Positions 1-8,247 of a stretch of DNA of 27,090 nt are shown here, one piece after another. Source of the stretch: Candidatus Izemoplasmatales bacterium. Lineage in GTDB: Bacteria; Bacillota_I; Bacilli_A; Izemoplasmatales; Hujiaoplasmataceae. The DNA is taken from the NCBI GenBank assembly GCA_028691335.1, contig JAQUZK010000001.1, forward strand, positions 1-27,090, read 5' to 3'. The position numbers and the translations under genes were made by a program. Numbering within the stretch: the stretch's first letter is position 1; each line of letters begins with the position of its first letter. The notes under the pieces are model-generated. The model was not told the DNA's origin. It ran no database searches and was given only the letters and a program-made list of their open reading frames with translations.

Positions 1-1718
1 CCACTAACTTTTTCTTCATAAACATACGTACCATACACATAATAAATCGCTCCGTTATTTACTAAATAATCTGTCCCATTTAGATTGACAAAACTATCTA
101 ATGTTAACCCAAATGATTGCAACTTATCTGTAATATCAGTAATCATTTCATAATTAAGAACATACACTTTATCTTTGTTTGTCGACGCTAAATAACTTTC
201 GCCATTATTATAGATTTTAATGAAATACTCATCTTCAGGTAATAAGGTTCTATAGTTGAAAAGTTCATCATAATCATAGAACTGATATAAATTACCTTTG
301 TCTGTAATCATCAACTCACCACTACTCATGTCTAAAATTAATTCATCTTCATCTATAGGTAAATTTGCCTCAAATACCTCATTAGTCATTTCAGCTTTAT
401 AAAGCCCACTTTCAGTTATATATCCATAGCCTTCTTGGCTATAGGCTATAAACACAACAAACTTTTCTTCCACGTTTAAAACCTTATTAGCATCTTCAAA
501 AATACCTAGACCTTCCGTATTGTCTAATAAATAAGAAATAGCTTCAGTTCTAACAAAAAATCTTTTGTTTGTGCGATAATATACTCCACTTACTCCATTA
601 TACTCTAAGAATGAATCTTTGATAAAATACTCATCGGCTGCTAAATTAAAATCATTTGTTAATTCAAGCGGAACATTATCATCTAGTTCTCCTTCAGGGA
701 ATATACCCCAAAAGAAAACTCTTGATTTATTAGTAGAAATAATAATGTGATAATCTGTTATAACTCCTGAAACAACTTCTTCATCACTATCAAGGTTTAA
801 TTCTTGGTCTAAATCTACAGAAGTTATCATATCAACATTATTATCAAGCATAATATTTTCATAGTTTTCTCCATATATAATGGTTCTTCCTAAAGAAGTT
901 TTTAACATTACTATATAATCAGAGAAAGCAATTACATCTACTATTACTTCTTGAAACTCTAAATCGAGTTTATCATTGATGTTTAGATAGACATTTACAA
1001 ATCTTTCTTTTTCAAAATCAAAATACGTTCCACTATCCATATCATAATCTAGAGTATATAATTGTCCATCAATAGTTAAAGCGTATTCATTGAACAACAT
1101 AGTTACATCAAGTTCTGATATATTATTATAGCCTATGTATAATATATCTGAATCTTTAACAAACACTTCTAAATCAGTTGTTACAACTTGATCAGGAGAT
1201 ATTTGAATGGTAAAACCAGAATCTAAATAAAATCCCGCAAATCCTTCAAGTAAGTCTTCATCTAAATAGTTTTCAAAATCAGCTGGTGTAATCCCATATG
1301 GAATGGTAATTTCAATCACTTCACCATATACGAAATTAATACTTACTTTTAACGTCTTTAAAGACCATTTAGCATATAATGTTAAATCTTCATTAACTTG
1401 TGTTTTAAAATCAAACTCTTTTGTTAGACCTGAGTCAGTAAACCAGCCTCCAAAGATGAAACCGATTCTAGAAACAGCTGGTTCTTGAATCATACTTCCA
1501 GGGCTGATAACTAAATCTTCAACATCAGTCCCCATGTTTTCAACAAAAGTTACTTTGACCATAGTTTGGTCATTACTTGAACTATTGATATCTCCTGTAG
1601 TCGTAATCACAGTTCCTTCAGTAGCGTCAGTAGTTCCATTAAAATTTAAAAAATCACATCCAAGCAGTCCAAATAGTAAAAAAACAAAGACTAAAGAAAT
1701 TTGTAATTTTTTGTTCAT
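1..1718 (-). CDS. Surface lipoprotein with InlB B-repeat and degenerate RCC1-like repeats (3' end runs off the window)
   Basis: Not in the ORF track; translated by hand. GGAGG RBS precedes ATG at 1718. MNKKLQISLVFVFLLFGLLGC (lipobox LLGC), a T/S-rich linker, then VTFVENMG...GFIFGGWFTD...VNEDLTLYAKW (InlB B-repeat). The frame is open to position 3 with no stop. Confidence 0.9.
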   Translation of the reverse strand, partial: MNKKLQISLVFVFLLFGLLGCDFLNFNGTTDATEGTVITTTGDINSSSNDQTMVKVTFVENMGTDVEDLVISPGSMIQEPAVSRIGFIFGGWFTDSGLTKEFDFKTQVNEDLTLYAKWSLKTLKVSINFVYGEVIEITIPYGITPADFENYLDEDLLEGFAGFYLDSGFTIQISPDQVVTTDLEVFVKDSDILYIGYNNISELDVTMLFNEYALTIDGQLYTLDYDMDSGTYFDFEKERFVNVYLNINDKLDLEFQEVIVDVIAFSDYIVMLKTSLGRTIIYGENYENIMLDNNVDMITSVDLDQELNLDSDEEVVSGVITDYHIIISTNKSRVFFWGIFPEGELDDNVPLELTNDFNLAADEYFIKDSFLEYNGVSGVYYRTNKRFFVRTEAISYLLDNTEGLGIFEDANKVLNVEEKFVVFIAYSQEGYGYITESGLYKAEMTNEVFEANLPIDEDELILDMSSGELMITDKGNLYQFYDYDELFNYRTLLPEDEYFIKIYNNGESYLASTNKDKVYVLNYEMITDITDKLQSFGLTLDSFVNLNGTDYLVNNGAIYYVYGTYVYEEKVS

Positions 1719-1915
1719 AGTAGCCTCCAGCTCTATTGTTATAGTTTAGATAATATTATCATATACATGTATAATTTAATAGAGGTCTAGAAAAAAAATT
1801 TTAGAGTTTAATCATATTTTTCTGTATTTTATAAAAAGAGTTAATACATCGGTATATAGTACCTCTCTTTCCAACATGAACAAATCCTAGACTATTATAA
1901 GAAACATTAAACACT

Positions 1916-1950
1916 AAAAAAAACACAACATTTAAAAAGTTGTGTTTTTT
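1916..1950 (-). terminator. Intrinsic terminator after the ATPase gene (potentially bidirectional)
   Basis: AAAAACACAAC-loop-GTTGTGTTTTT hairpin with A/T tracts on both sides. Confidence 0.75.
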
Positions 1951-2024
1951 GATTAAAAATTATAATAGTCTAATGAAGTCAAAGATTCAATTACTCTATA
2001 ACCATCTTCTTATTTAATAAACGA

Positions 2025-2813
2025 TTAATCTTTTAAATATCTTAAAAATTGTTCCTTATTATTTAGAAACTGTTTCAACATCTTAATACTTTCAATAGAA
2101 TCATAGTTTGATTTAATAAAATTATTGTCTTTAATTTCATAGACTATACTTTCTGGGATAGCTGGTAGTATCGGAGAGTGAGTAGCTATTATAAACTGAC
2201 AATTTCTTTTAGTAGCTTCAATTATCATAGCTGTGAGAGTAAGTTGATTTTGAACAGAAAGTGGTGTTTCTGGTTCATCTAAAAGATAGAGTTGATTATC
2301 TTTAATTCTTGAGGCAAAAAAGTCTAAGTAAGCTTCGCCGTGAGAAGATTTAGCTAAATCAACTGAATACATGTTTTCCAACTCTGATATTGTTCTATTA
2401 TATGGTGTCTTAGCCATTATTTTTGCATAATTAGATCTTTTCTTATATTCAACATCTATTCTTTTAATATGTTCTTTAGAGTCTATGATTTCTTTTTTAA
2501 TATATTCAATATAGTTAACAAAAGTTAGGCTTTCAAAAAAGAAACCTTTAATTTTTCCGAAATTCGGAAAAATAGCTACACTTCTGCTATCAACTTCTTC
2601 ATGATCATCAAAATTCCCAGGGATATGTATTTTAACCAGATTCAGTTTTTCCTGAATTAGTTTTAATAAAGAAGATTTGCCACTACCGTTTTCACCTAAA
2701 ATTATTGTGACTGGAGAATTCACATCAAGCTCAATGTCTTTTTTAAAAAGTTCAAGATTAAAAGGGTATGAACTATTAGACTTATAATTTATTTTTATTT
2801 TTTCCACTAACAT
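2025..2813 (-). CDS. Predicted ABC/AAA-type ATPase (COG3910-like)
   Basis: Walker A GENGSGKS, family signature SHGEAY, Walker B YLLDEPE, switch ATHSP; starts YPFNL as in this family. Confidence 0.85.
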   Translation of the reverse strand: MLVEKIKINYKSNSSYPFNLELFKKDIELDVNSPVTIILGENGSGKSSLLKLIQEKLNLVKIHIPGNFDDHEEVDSRSVAIFPNFGKIKGFFFESLTFVNYIEYIKKEIIDSKEHIKRIDVEYKKRSNYAKIMAKTPYNRTISELENMYSVDLAKSSHGEAYLDFFASRIKDNQLYLLDEPETPLSVQNQLTLTAMIIEATKRNCQFIIATHSPILPAIPESIVYEIKDNNFIKSNYDSIESIKMLKQFLNNKEQFLRYLKD

Positions 2814-2921
2814 TCTTTTAGCTCCTAATAGTTATATTTTTTTATCTTATCCTTAATTATACCAAAAATTATTTAAACATATTTAGTTTTTAAAAATATC
2901 TTTTTAAATAAACCGATTTAT

Positions 2922-2950
2922 TTGAATATTTAGTTATTTTTTTATATAAT
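2922..2950 (+). promoter_or_regulatory. Sigma70-type promoter for the 167-aa membrane protein
   Basis: TTGAAT (2922-2927), 17-bp spacer, TATAAT (2945-2950), followed by an AGGAGG RBS. Confidence 0.7.
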
Positions 2951-2972
2951 GTGTTCATAGGAGGGTAAACAA

Positions 2973-3476
2973 ATGATAATTAAAGTACAAAAGTTTTTAC
3001 CTTTAGTCTCATTAGTCTTTAGTCTGTTTTTATTGTTTTCGGCTTTATTTACAGTTTTGTCTATTAATGATCAAGCGATTATGACAGGTTTAGAAGCCAT
3101 TTTCGGCGGCGAAATAGCTTCAATAGCTGGTTTTGCGAGTGCGGATGTTAATTTTAGTTTTCTAAACTTCATAGCATTTTTCTTACCTGCTTTATTAACG
3201 ATAGGGATAGCTATTTATGGTATGAAAAATCAAGAAACAAACACAGTAAAATCGATATTAGGAATAGTTTTAACAATTGTTTTTATTTTGTCAATTATCC
3301 TGATTTCAACAATGGCTAATAACACAACAGCTACTTTAAGCGTAATGGGTTCAGATACCACATTTAGCTATGAAGGTGCTAATTTAGCTATCGGATCAAT
3401 CTTAGCTTTAATATTCGCTATTTTAGGCACTGTTAGTTCTACTCTTTATTCGGTAATGCAATTTGCGAAAAAATAG
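2973..3476 (+). CDS. Hypothetical membrane protein (about 4 TM segments)
   Basis: AGGAGG RBS, own promoter and terminator, four hydrophobic segments; no family recognised. Confidence 0.85.
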   Translation: MIIKVQKFLPLVSLVFSLFLLFSALFTVLSINDQAIMTGLEAIFGGEIASIAGFASADVNFSFLNFIAFFLPALLTIGIAIYGMKNQETNTVKSILGIVLTIVFILSIILISTMANNTTATLSVMGSDTTFSYEGANLAIGSILALIFAILGTVSSTLYSVMQFAKK

Positions 3477-3494
3477 TTTTAAAAAATCTTTATT

Positions 3495-3520
3495 AGGAGA
3501 CAGTAAAGTCTCCTTTTTTT
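3495..3520 (+). terminator. Intrinsic terminator between convergent genes
   Basis: AGGAGAC-AGTAAA-GTCTCCT followed by a T run. Confidence 0.8.
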
Positions 3521-4364
3521 ATTTGGCTAAATTGTAATTTTCTGAAAGAAAATAAAGCATCTTATCATATAAAGCTCTATCATAAAAATATCCATAGATA
3601 TCAGCTAGTTTTCTAGAAAAGCAGTCAAATAACTCTAAAGTTTGAAATAAGCCAGATTTAATACTATTTATTTTAATACTAGCATACGTATTTAAGTATT
3701 TTTCATAAATCTCTTTTGGTAGTAACTCTTTATACTTTTTTTTCATCTTTCCAACAGAAATCTTATAATCATGGTTATAACCTATCCACCAATCAAGTAT
3801 ATTATCCAGTTCTTCCCTTATGATATTTAAATGCTTATAAGCATAAATCACTTCATTTCTTGATAGTCCTTTAGCTACATAAGGTAAAACCCAAAAAAAT
3901 TCATTAACTGTAAATGAAAAATCTTTTTCATTTATCTTTTCAACATAATAACTAGATTCATTAGGATTAGAGTTAAAACCATAATTATCCTTATCGAGAA
4001 TTATCTTAGATAAAGAATCCTTCTTTATAGCTTTATCAATATTCTTTATATCTACAATATTCAAATCTAATCTTGTGCCATCAAAGAATTGTAACATATA
4101 GATATATGAGTTAGATGATTCATCATAATCTCTCTGTTCTTTAGAACATTGAGACACAAGAGGCTTATCAAAATCATTTTTCCATGATTCATCTTTAAGA
4201 AAAGCTTTAAAATTTTTAACATAAAAGACAATATCAAAGTCTTGGTATTGGTCTTTAGTTATATTAGGATTAACCCTAGAACCATTCATCTCAACTACTC
4301 TGACATTTTCAGTTCTTTTTGCTAGATCAATTATTTTATCAAATAAAACTTGGTTTTTATCCAT
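3519..4364 (-). CDS. Aminoglycoside 6-adenylyltransferase family protein (AadK/AadE/ANT(6)-like)
   Basis: N-terminal MNGSRVNPN...DQYQDFDIV nucleotidyltransferase motif, FFDGTRLDL, NEFFWV and a 281-aa length all match the AadK family. Substrate is not established. Confidence 0.85.
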   Translation of the reverse strand: MDKNQVLFDKIIDLAKRTENVRVVEMNGSRVNPNITKDQYQDFDIVFYVKNFKAFLKDESWKNDFDKPLVSQCSKEQRDYDESSNSYIYMLQFFDGTRLDLNIVDIKNIDKAIKKDSLSKIILDKDNYGFNSNPNESSYYVEKINEKDFSFTVNEFFWVLPYVAKGLSRNEVIYAYKHLNIIREELDNILDWWIGYNHDYKISVGKMKKKYKELLPKEIYEKYLNTYASIKINSIKSGLFQTLELFDCFSRKLADIYGYFYDRALYDKMLYFLSENYNLAK

Positions 4365-4473
4365 AAAAATTTATACCTTTCATTTAATATGTTATTTATT
4401 GTCAAGTATAATTATAACAATTTTTTTAAAGAACAAGAAAGTTTTTAAAGGATTAGTAGATATTAATTAGATA

Positions 4474-4502
4474 TTGACTTCTACCTTTTTTAGGAGTAAA
4501 AT
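4474..4502 (+). promoter_or_regulatory. Sigma70-type promoter for the TSUP gene
   Basis: TTGACT (4474-4479), 17-bp spacer, TAAAAT (4497-4502). Confidence 0.7.
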
Positions 4503-4513
4503 TTTCTTTGTGG

Positions 4514-4533
4514 TTATTGACTAATGTCAATAA
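4514..4533. promoter_or_regulatory. Candidate operator palindrome TTATTGAC-N4-GTCAATAA
   Basis: Perfect 8-bp arms with a 4-bp spacer just downstream of the predicted transcription start. Confidence 0.6.
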
Positions 4534-4556
4534 AAACAGATAGGAAAAGAAGGATA

Positions 4557-5342
4557 ATGACTGAATATTTTTTGATGGCTGCGATTTTAATTATTTCTAT
4601 TACCATGGCAATGGTAGGCAAAGGTGGAGGTAATTTTTATGTAATAGCGATAGTGCTATCTGGAGTTTCTATGCATCAGGCTGCTTCTAGTTCACAAGCT
4701 ATTATGTTAGCCACCAGCTTAGCTGCTATGCTTGTTTTTATGAAAAGCAAAAAAATAGATTGGAAGTTGGCTTTAATTATAGATCCAGCTACTGATGTCA
4801 TGGCTTTTGTCGGTGGTTATTTTTCTAGTAGAATAACTGGAACTTCATTAAAAACTGTTTTTGCGATTTGTTTAATTCTTGTTTCAATCTTTATGTTGAT
4901 AAAAGTAAAAGAAAAACCTATATCAAAAACAAAAAGATTTGGTTACTGGCATAGAGAATTTGGTGGATATAAATATACAGTTAACCTATGGATTGCATTA
5001 CCAATAACTGCTTTAGTGGGACTTTTCGCAGGAGCGGTAGGTATTAGCGGTGGAGCCTTTAAAATACCATTAATGGTAATGCTATGTGGTATACCAATTG
5101 AAATCGCTATTGGAACATCAAGTGCAATGGTCGCTGTAACTGCACTCATGGGATTACTAGGCCATAGTTTAAATGGTAATTTTGATATAAATTTTGCGAT
5201 TCCGTTGGTGATTTTAGCTTTAATAGGCGGTTTGATTGGTGGAAAATTAGCTTTAAGAAATAAACCAAAAAATTTGAAAGTCATCTTCGCTTTAACTAAC
5301 TTAATAGCCGCAATCGTTATGCTAATTAATATATTCTCTTAA
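4557..5342 (+). CDS. Sulfite exporter TauE/SafE (TSUP) family membrane protein
   Basis: Two repeats of the GxGGG..VP-like motif (GKGGGNFYV; GISGGAFKIP), A.GTSS and about 8 TM segments. ATG 4557 is preferred because ATG 4524 lies inside the operator palindrome. Confidence 0.85.
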   Translation: MTEYFLMAAILIISITMAMVGKGGGNFYVIAIVLSGVSMHQAASSSQAIMLATSLAAMLVFMKSKKIDWKLALIIDPATDVMAFVGGYFSSRITGTSLKTVFAICLILVSIFMLIKVKEKPISKTKRFGYWHREFGGYKYTVNLWIALPITALVGLFAGAVGISGGAFKIPLMVMLCGIPIEIAIGTSSAMVAVTALMGLLGHSLNGNFDINFAIPLVILALIGGLIGGKLALRNKPKNLKVIFALTNLIAAIVMLINIFS

Positions 5343-5350
5343 ATAAAGTA

Positions 5351-5386
5351 AAGGCCCTAAGTAATTTTCCTTTTGGCCTTTTTTTT
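5351..5386 (+). terminator. Intrinsic terminator between convergent TSUP and oxidoreductase genes
   Basis: AAGGCC...GGCCTT stem followed by a T run; the loop is long. Confidence 0.6.
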
Positions 5387-5401
5387 GCTTAATTTAAAAA
5401 C

Positions 5402-6997
5402 TTATTTTCTTATTTTATCTAAAATCTTGTAAGCTACTTTTATACCATCTATTGCCGCAGATACAATTCCTCCGGCATATCCAGCGCCTTCACCAGCAGG
5501 ATATAGATGCTTAAATGAAATACTTTCTAAAGACTCCATATCTCTTTTAATTCTTACTGGAGAGGATGATCTTGTTTCTACTCCAGTTAAAATTGCATCT
5601 TCATGATCAAAGTTAAAAAGGTCTCTTCCCATTTTCTTTAAAGCTTCAATTATTGCTTCATTAATTTCCTCTGAATAAATACTTCTCAGATTAGAAAGAG
5701 TTATACCAATAGGATAACTTGGTATAACACTACCAAGTTTTTCTGTTGATTTATTCAAAATAAAGTCACCAACTCTTTGAATAGGTGCGTTATAGTTCTT
5801 ACCGCCTAAAGCGTAAGCTTTTCTTTCTAAATCTCTTTGGTAATACATTCCCGCTAATGGATGAGGACTTCCAAAGTCTTTTTCATCAACTGTAACTATT
5901 AAAGCGCTATTAGCATTTTCTTTGTCTCTTTTATACTCACTCATGCCATTAGTTACTAATAATCCTTCTTCAGAGGCTGAAGGTACAACAATCCCTCCTG
6001 GGCACATACAAAAAGTATAAACACCTCTCTCATTTTTAGCTTTATAGGTAAGCTTGTATTCAGCTGGGCCTAATAATAAGTTAGTTTCTTCAAAACCAAA
6101 CTGTGATTTATTAATCATTTTTTGATTATGTTCTATTCGAAATCCAACCGCAAATGGCTTTTGATTAATTACGCAATTATTGTTATATAGCATTTCAATC
6201 GTGTCTCTACTGCTATGACCAATAGCTAAAATACAGTAGTCATAATGCTCAGTTTTACCATTCACAGTTAAAACTATGCCTTTATCATCGGGCATAATGT
6301 GCTCAACCCGAGAATTAAAATTAACAGTAGATCCTAAAGAGATAATCTCTTGACGGATGTTCTTAACTATACCTATCAACTTATCAGACCCAATATGTGG
6401 ATTTGAATCATAAAGAATTTCTTCAGGAGCTCCGGCTTTAACAAATTCATCAAACAGCCATTCCCATAAAGGATCTTTCTTTCTATTAGTAAGTTTACCG
6501 TCCGAGTAAGTCCCAGCTCCCCCTTCACCAAATTGAATATTTGACTCAGGGTTTAAAATTCTTTCTTTCTCAAATTTCTTGATTGTCTCAATTCTTTTAT
6601 CAACTTCTTCCCCGCGTTCATAAACAGTCACATTAACTCCCGCTCTAGCAAAAGTTAAAGAACTGAAAATTCCCGCAGGTCCAAACCCAATAACAGCTAT
6701 TTTCTTATCTTTTAAATACTCATAATTAAAATATGGTATCTCACTTTTTTCATCATTGTATCTAGTTACATTAGAAATCTTTTTTGATAGAATAAAACTT
6801 TCGTTTTTAACCTCCGCTAGAATGTTAAAAACTAATTTTATATCTTCTTTTTTTCTAGCATCAATAGACTTTTTTAAAATCTTATACTCTATAATCTTAT
6901 CTTCATTTACTCTTAAATATTTTTTTATATATGGGGTTAAATCAGAAGACTTCTCATATTCATTTAAACTGACTTTAACTTGATTGATTAATAACAT
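5402..6997 (-). CDS. FAD-dependent oxidoreductase/dehydrogenase (COG2509-like)
   Basis: Rossmann VIGFGPAG, SNIQFGEGGAGTYSDGKL, YTFCMCPGG, ETRSSSPVRI and GEGAGYAGGIVSAAIDG; AGAGG RBS. Confidence 0.9.
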   Translation of the reverse strand: MLLINQVKVSLNEYEKSSDLTPYIKKYLRVNEDKIIEYKILKKSIDARKKEDIKLVFNILAEVKNESFILSKKISNVTRYNDEKSEIPYFNYEYLKDKKIAVIGFGPAGIFSSLTFARAGVNVTVYERGEEVDKRIETIKKFEKERILNPESNIQFGEGGAGTYSDGKLTNRKKDPLWEWLFDEFVKAGAPEEILYDSNPHIGSDKLIGIVKNIRQEIISLGSTVNFNSRVEHIMPDDKGIVLTVNGKTEHYDYCILAIGHSSRDTIEMLYNNNCVINQKPFAVGFRIEHNQKMINKSQFGFEETNLLLGPAEYKLTYKAKNERGVYTFCMCPGGIVVPSASEEGLLVTNGMSEYKRDKENANSALIVTVDEKDFGSPHPLAGMYYQRDLERKAYALGGKNYNAPIQRVGDFILNKSTEKLGSVIPSYPIGITLSNLRSIYSEEINEAIIEALKKMGRDLFNFDHEDAILTGVETRSSSPVRIKRDMESLESISFKHLYPAGEGAGYAGGIVSAAIDGIKVAYKILDKIRK

Positions 6998-7157
6998 ATT
7001 TACCTCTTATTTTTTTAGTTTAACATCCATTACTATTTTATCATAATAACTAACTACCAACTAAAAAACTTTTATTTTATCACTAAAATATTGTATAATA
7101 CATTAGTACAAGTTTCTTAGTAAATAAACTCATAAAAATGATTTCAAAGGATAAAAT

Positions 7158-8192
7158 ATGAAAACAACTGTATTCAGCACTTCTGATTTAGAAAAAAAAG
7201 AAGTTCAAAAGAAAATTAAATACAATCTAGAAAATGATGAGTTAGTAGTTTTCCCTACAGAAACTGTTTACGGAATCGGCGCTAACGCTTTATCAGAAAC
7301 AGCTGTTAAGAAAATATTTTCTGTAAAAGGCAGGCCTAGCGATAACCCATTAATCGTACATTTAAGTAAAGCAAAAGATGTATACAAATATGTTAATAAT
7401 GTTTCAAAACACGCTGAAATTTTAATGGATGCTTTTTGGCCCGGACCATTAACATTAGTCTTTGAAAGTAAAGGTATTTTTTCACCAGTGGTCACAGGTG
7501 GACTGAAGACAGTTGCTATAAGAGTTCCATCTCATAAAACCGCAAAAAAAGTTATTGAACTTAGCGGTGTGCCAATTTGCGCTCCATCCGCAAATATCAG
7601 CGGTAGACCTTCTTCCACTTTGTTTTCTCATGTCTTGGAAGACTTCGATGGAAAAGTATCGATTATTATCGATGGAGGCCCTACTGATATCGGCTTAGAA
7701 TCTACTGTTTTAGATCTTACCGTTGATATTCCTACAATCTTAAGACCTGGAAAAATAACTAAAGATATGATTGAAAAAGTATTAAATATCTCTATAATCA
7801 ATCATACAGAAGTCCAAAATGGTTTAGCTCCTAAATCTCCTGGTATGAAATATAAACATTACGCTCCTAAAGGAAATGTTACCTTAATAGATGGCAGTTT
7901 TGAAGAAACCATTGAATACATCCAAAAACAACTTTTTGATAAAAGACAAAATAAGTGTGCTGTCTTATGTCCAGATGAATTCGCTGATATGTTAAATGGA
8001 GACACAATAATTAAGCTTGGATCTTTAGATAATCTTGAATCAATAGCCACAAACCTTTTTAAATCGCTTAGATTGATGGACGAAATGAATATTGACTATA
8101 TTTATATCCCAGCAGTAAGTTACGAAGGCTTAGGCCAAGCTATTATGAATAGACTACTTAAAGCAGCTAATCAAAATCTTATTAAGCTTTAA
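7158..8192 (+). CDS. sua5: L-threonylcarbamoyladenylate synthase, Sua5 type (YrdC plus SUA5 domain)
   Basis: FPTETVYGIGA, KGRPSDNPLIVH, FWPGPLT, APSANISGRPS, GLESTV, SPGMKYKHYAP. Confidence 0.95.
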   Translation: MKTTVFSTSDLEKKEVQKKIKYNLENDELVVFPTETVYGIGANALSETAVKKIFSVKGRPSDNPLIVHLSKAKDVYKYVNNVSKHAEILMDAFWPGPLTLVFESKGIFSPVVTGGLKTVAIRVPSHKTAKKVIELSGVPICAPSANISGRPSSTLFSHVLEDFDGKVSIIIDGGPTDIGLESTVLDLTVDIPTILRPGKITKDMIEKVLNISIINHTEVQNGLAPKSPGMKYKHYAPKGNVTLIDGSFEETIEYIQKQLFDKRQNKCAVLCPDEFADMLNGDTIIKLGSLDNLESIATNLFKSLRLMDEMNIDYIYIPAVSYEGLGQAIMNRLLKAANQNLIKL

Positions 8193-8195
8193 AAG

Positions 8196-8239
8196 AAAAA
8201 GCCCTTAAAATCTTTCATAGGTTTTTAAGGGCTTTTTTT
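8196..8239. terminator. Bidirectional intrinsic terminator
   Basis: AAAAGCCCTTAAAA...TTTTAAGGGCTTTT between convergent sua5 and nuclease genes. Confidence 0.85.
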
Positions 8240-8247
8240 AATTTATT

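Noticed and set aside
1303-1749. ORF-track plus-strand ORFs 1303-1488 and 1534-1749
   Set aside because: Antisense shadows of the real minus-strand lipoprotein gene (1718 to <1); no RBS or motifs.
2025-3476. ATPase plus small membrane protein as a possible defence or ABC pair
   Set aside because: The genes are divergent with separate promoters and terminators, there is no nuclease or effector partner, and solitary COG3910-type ATPases are common.
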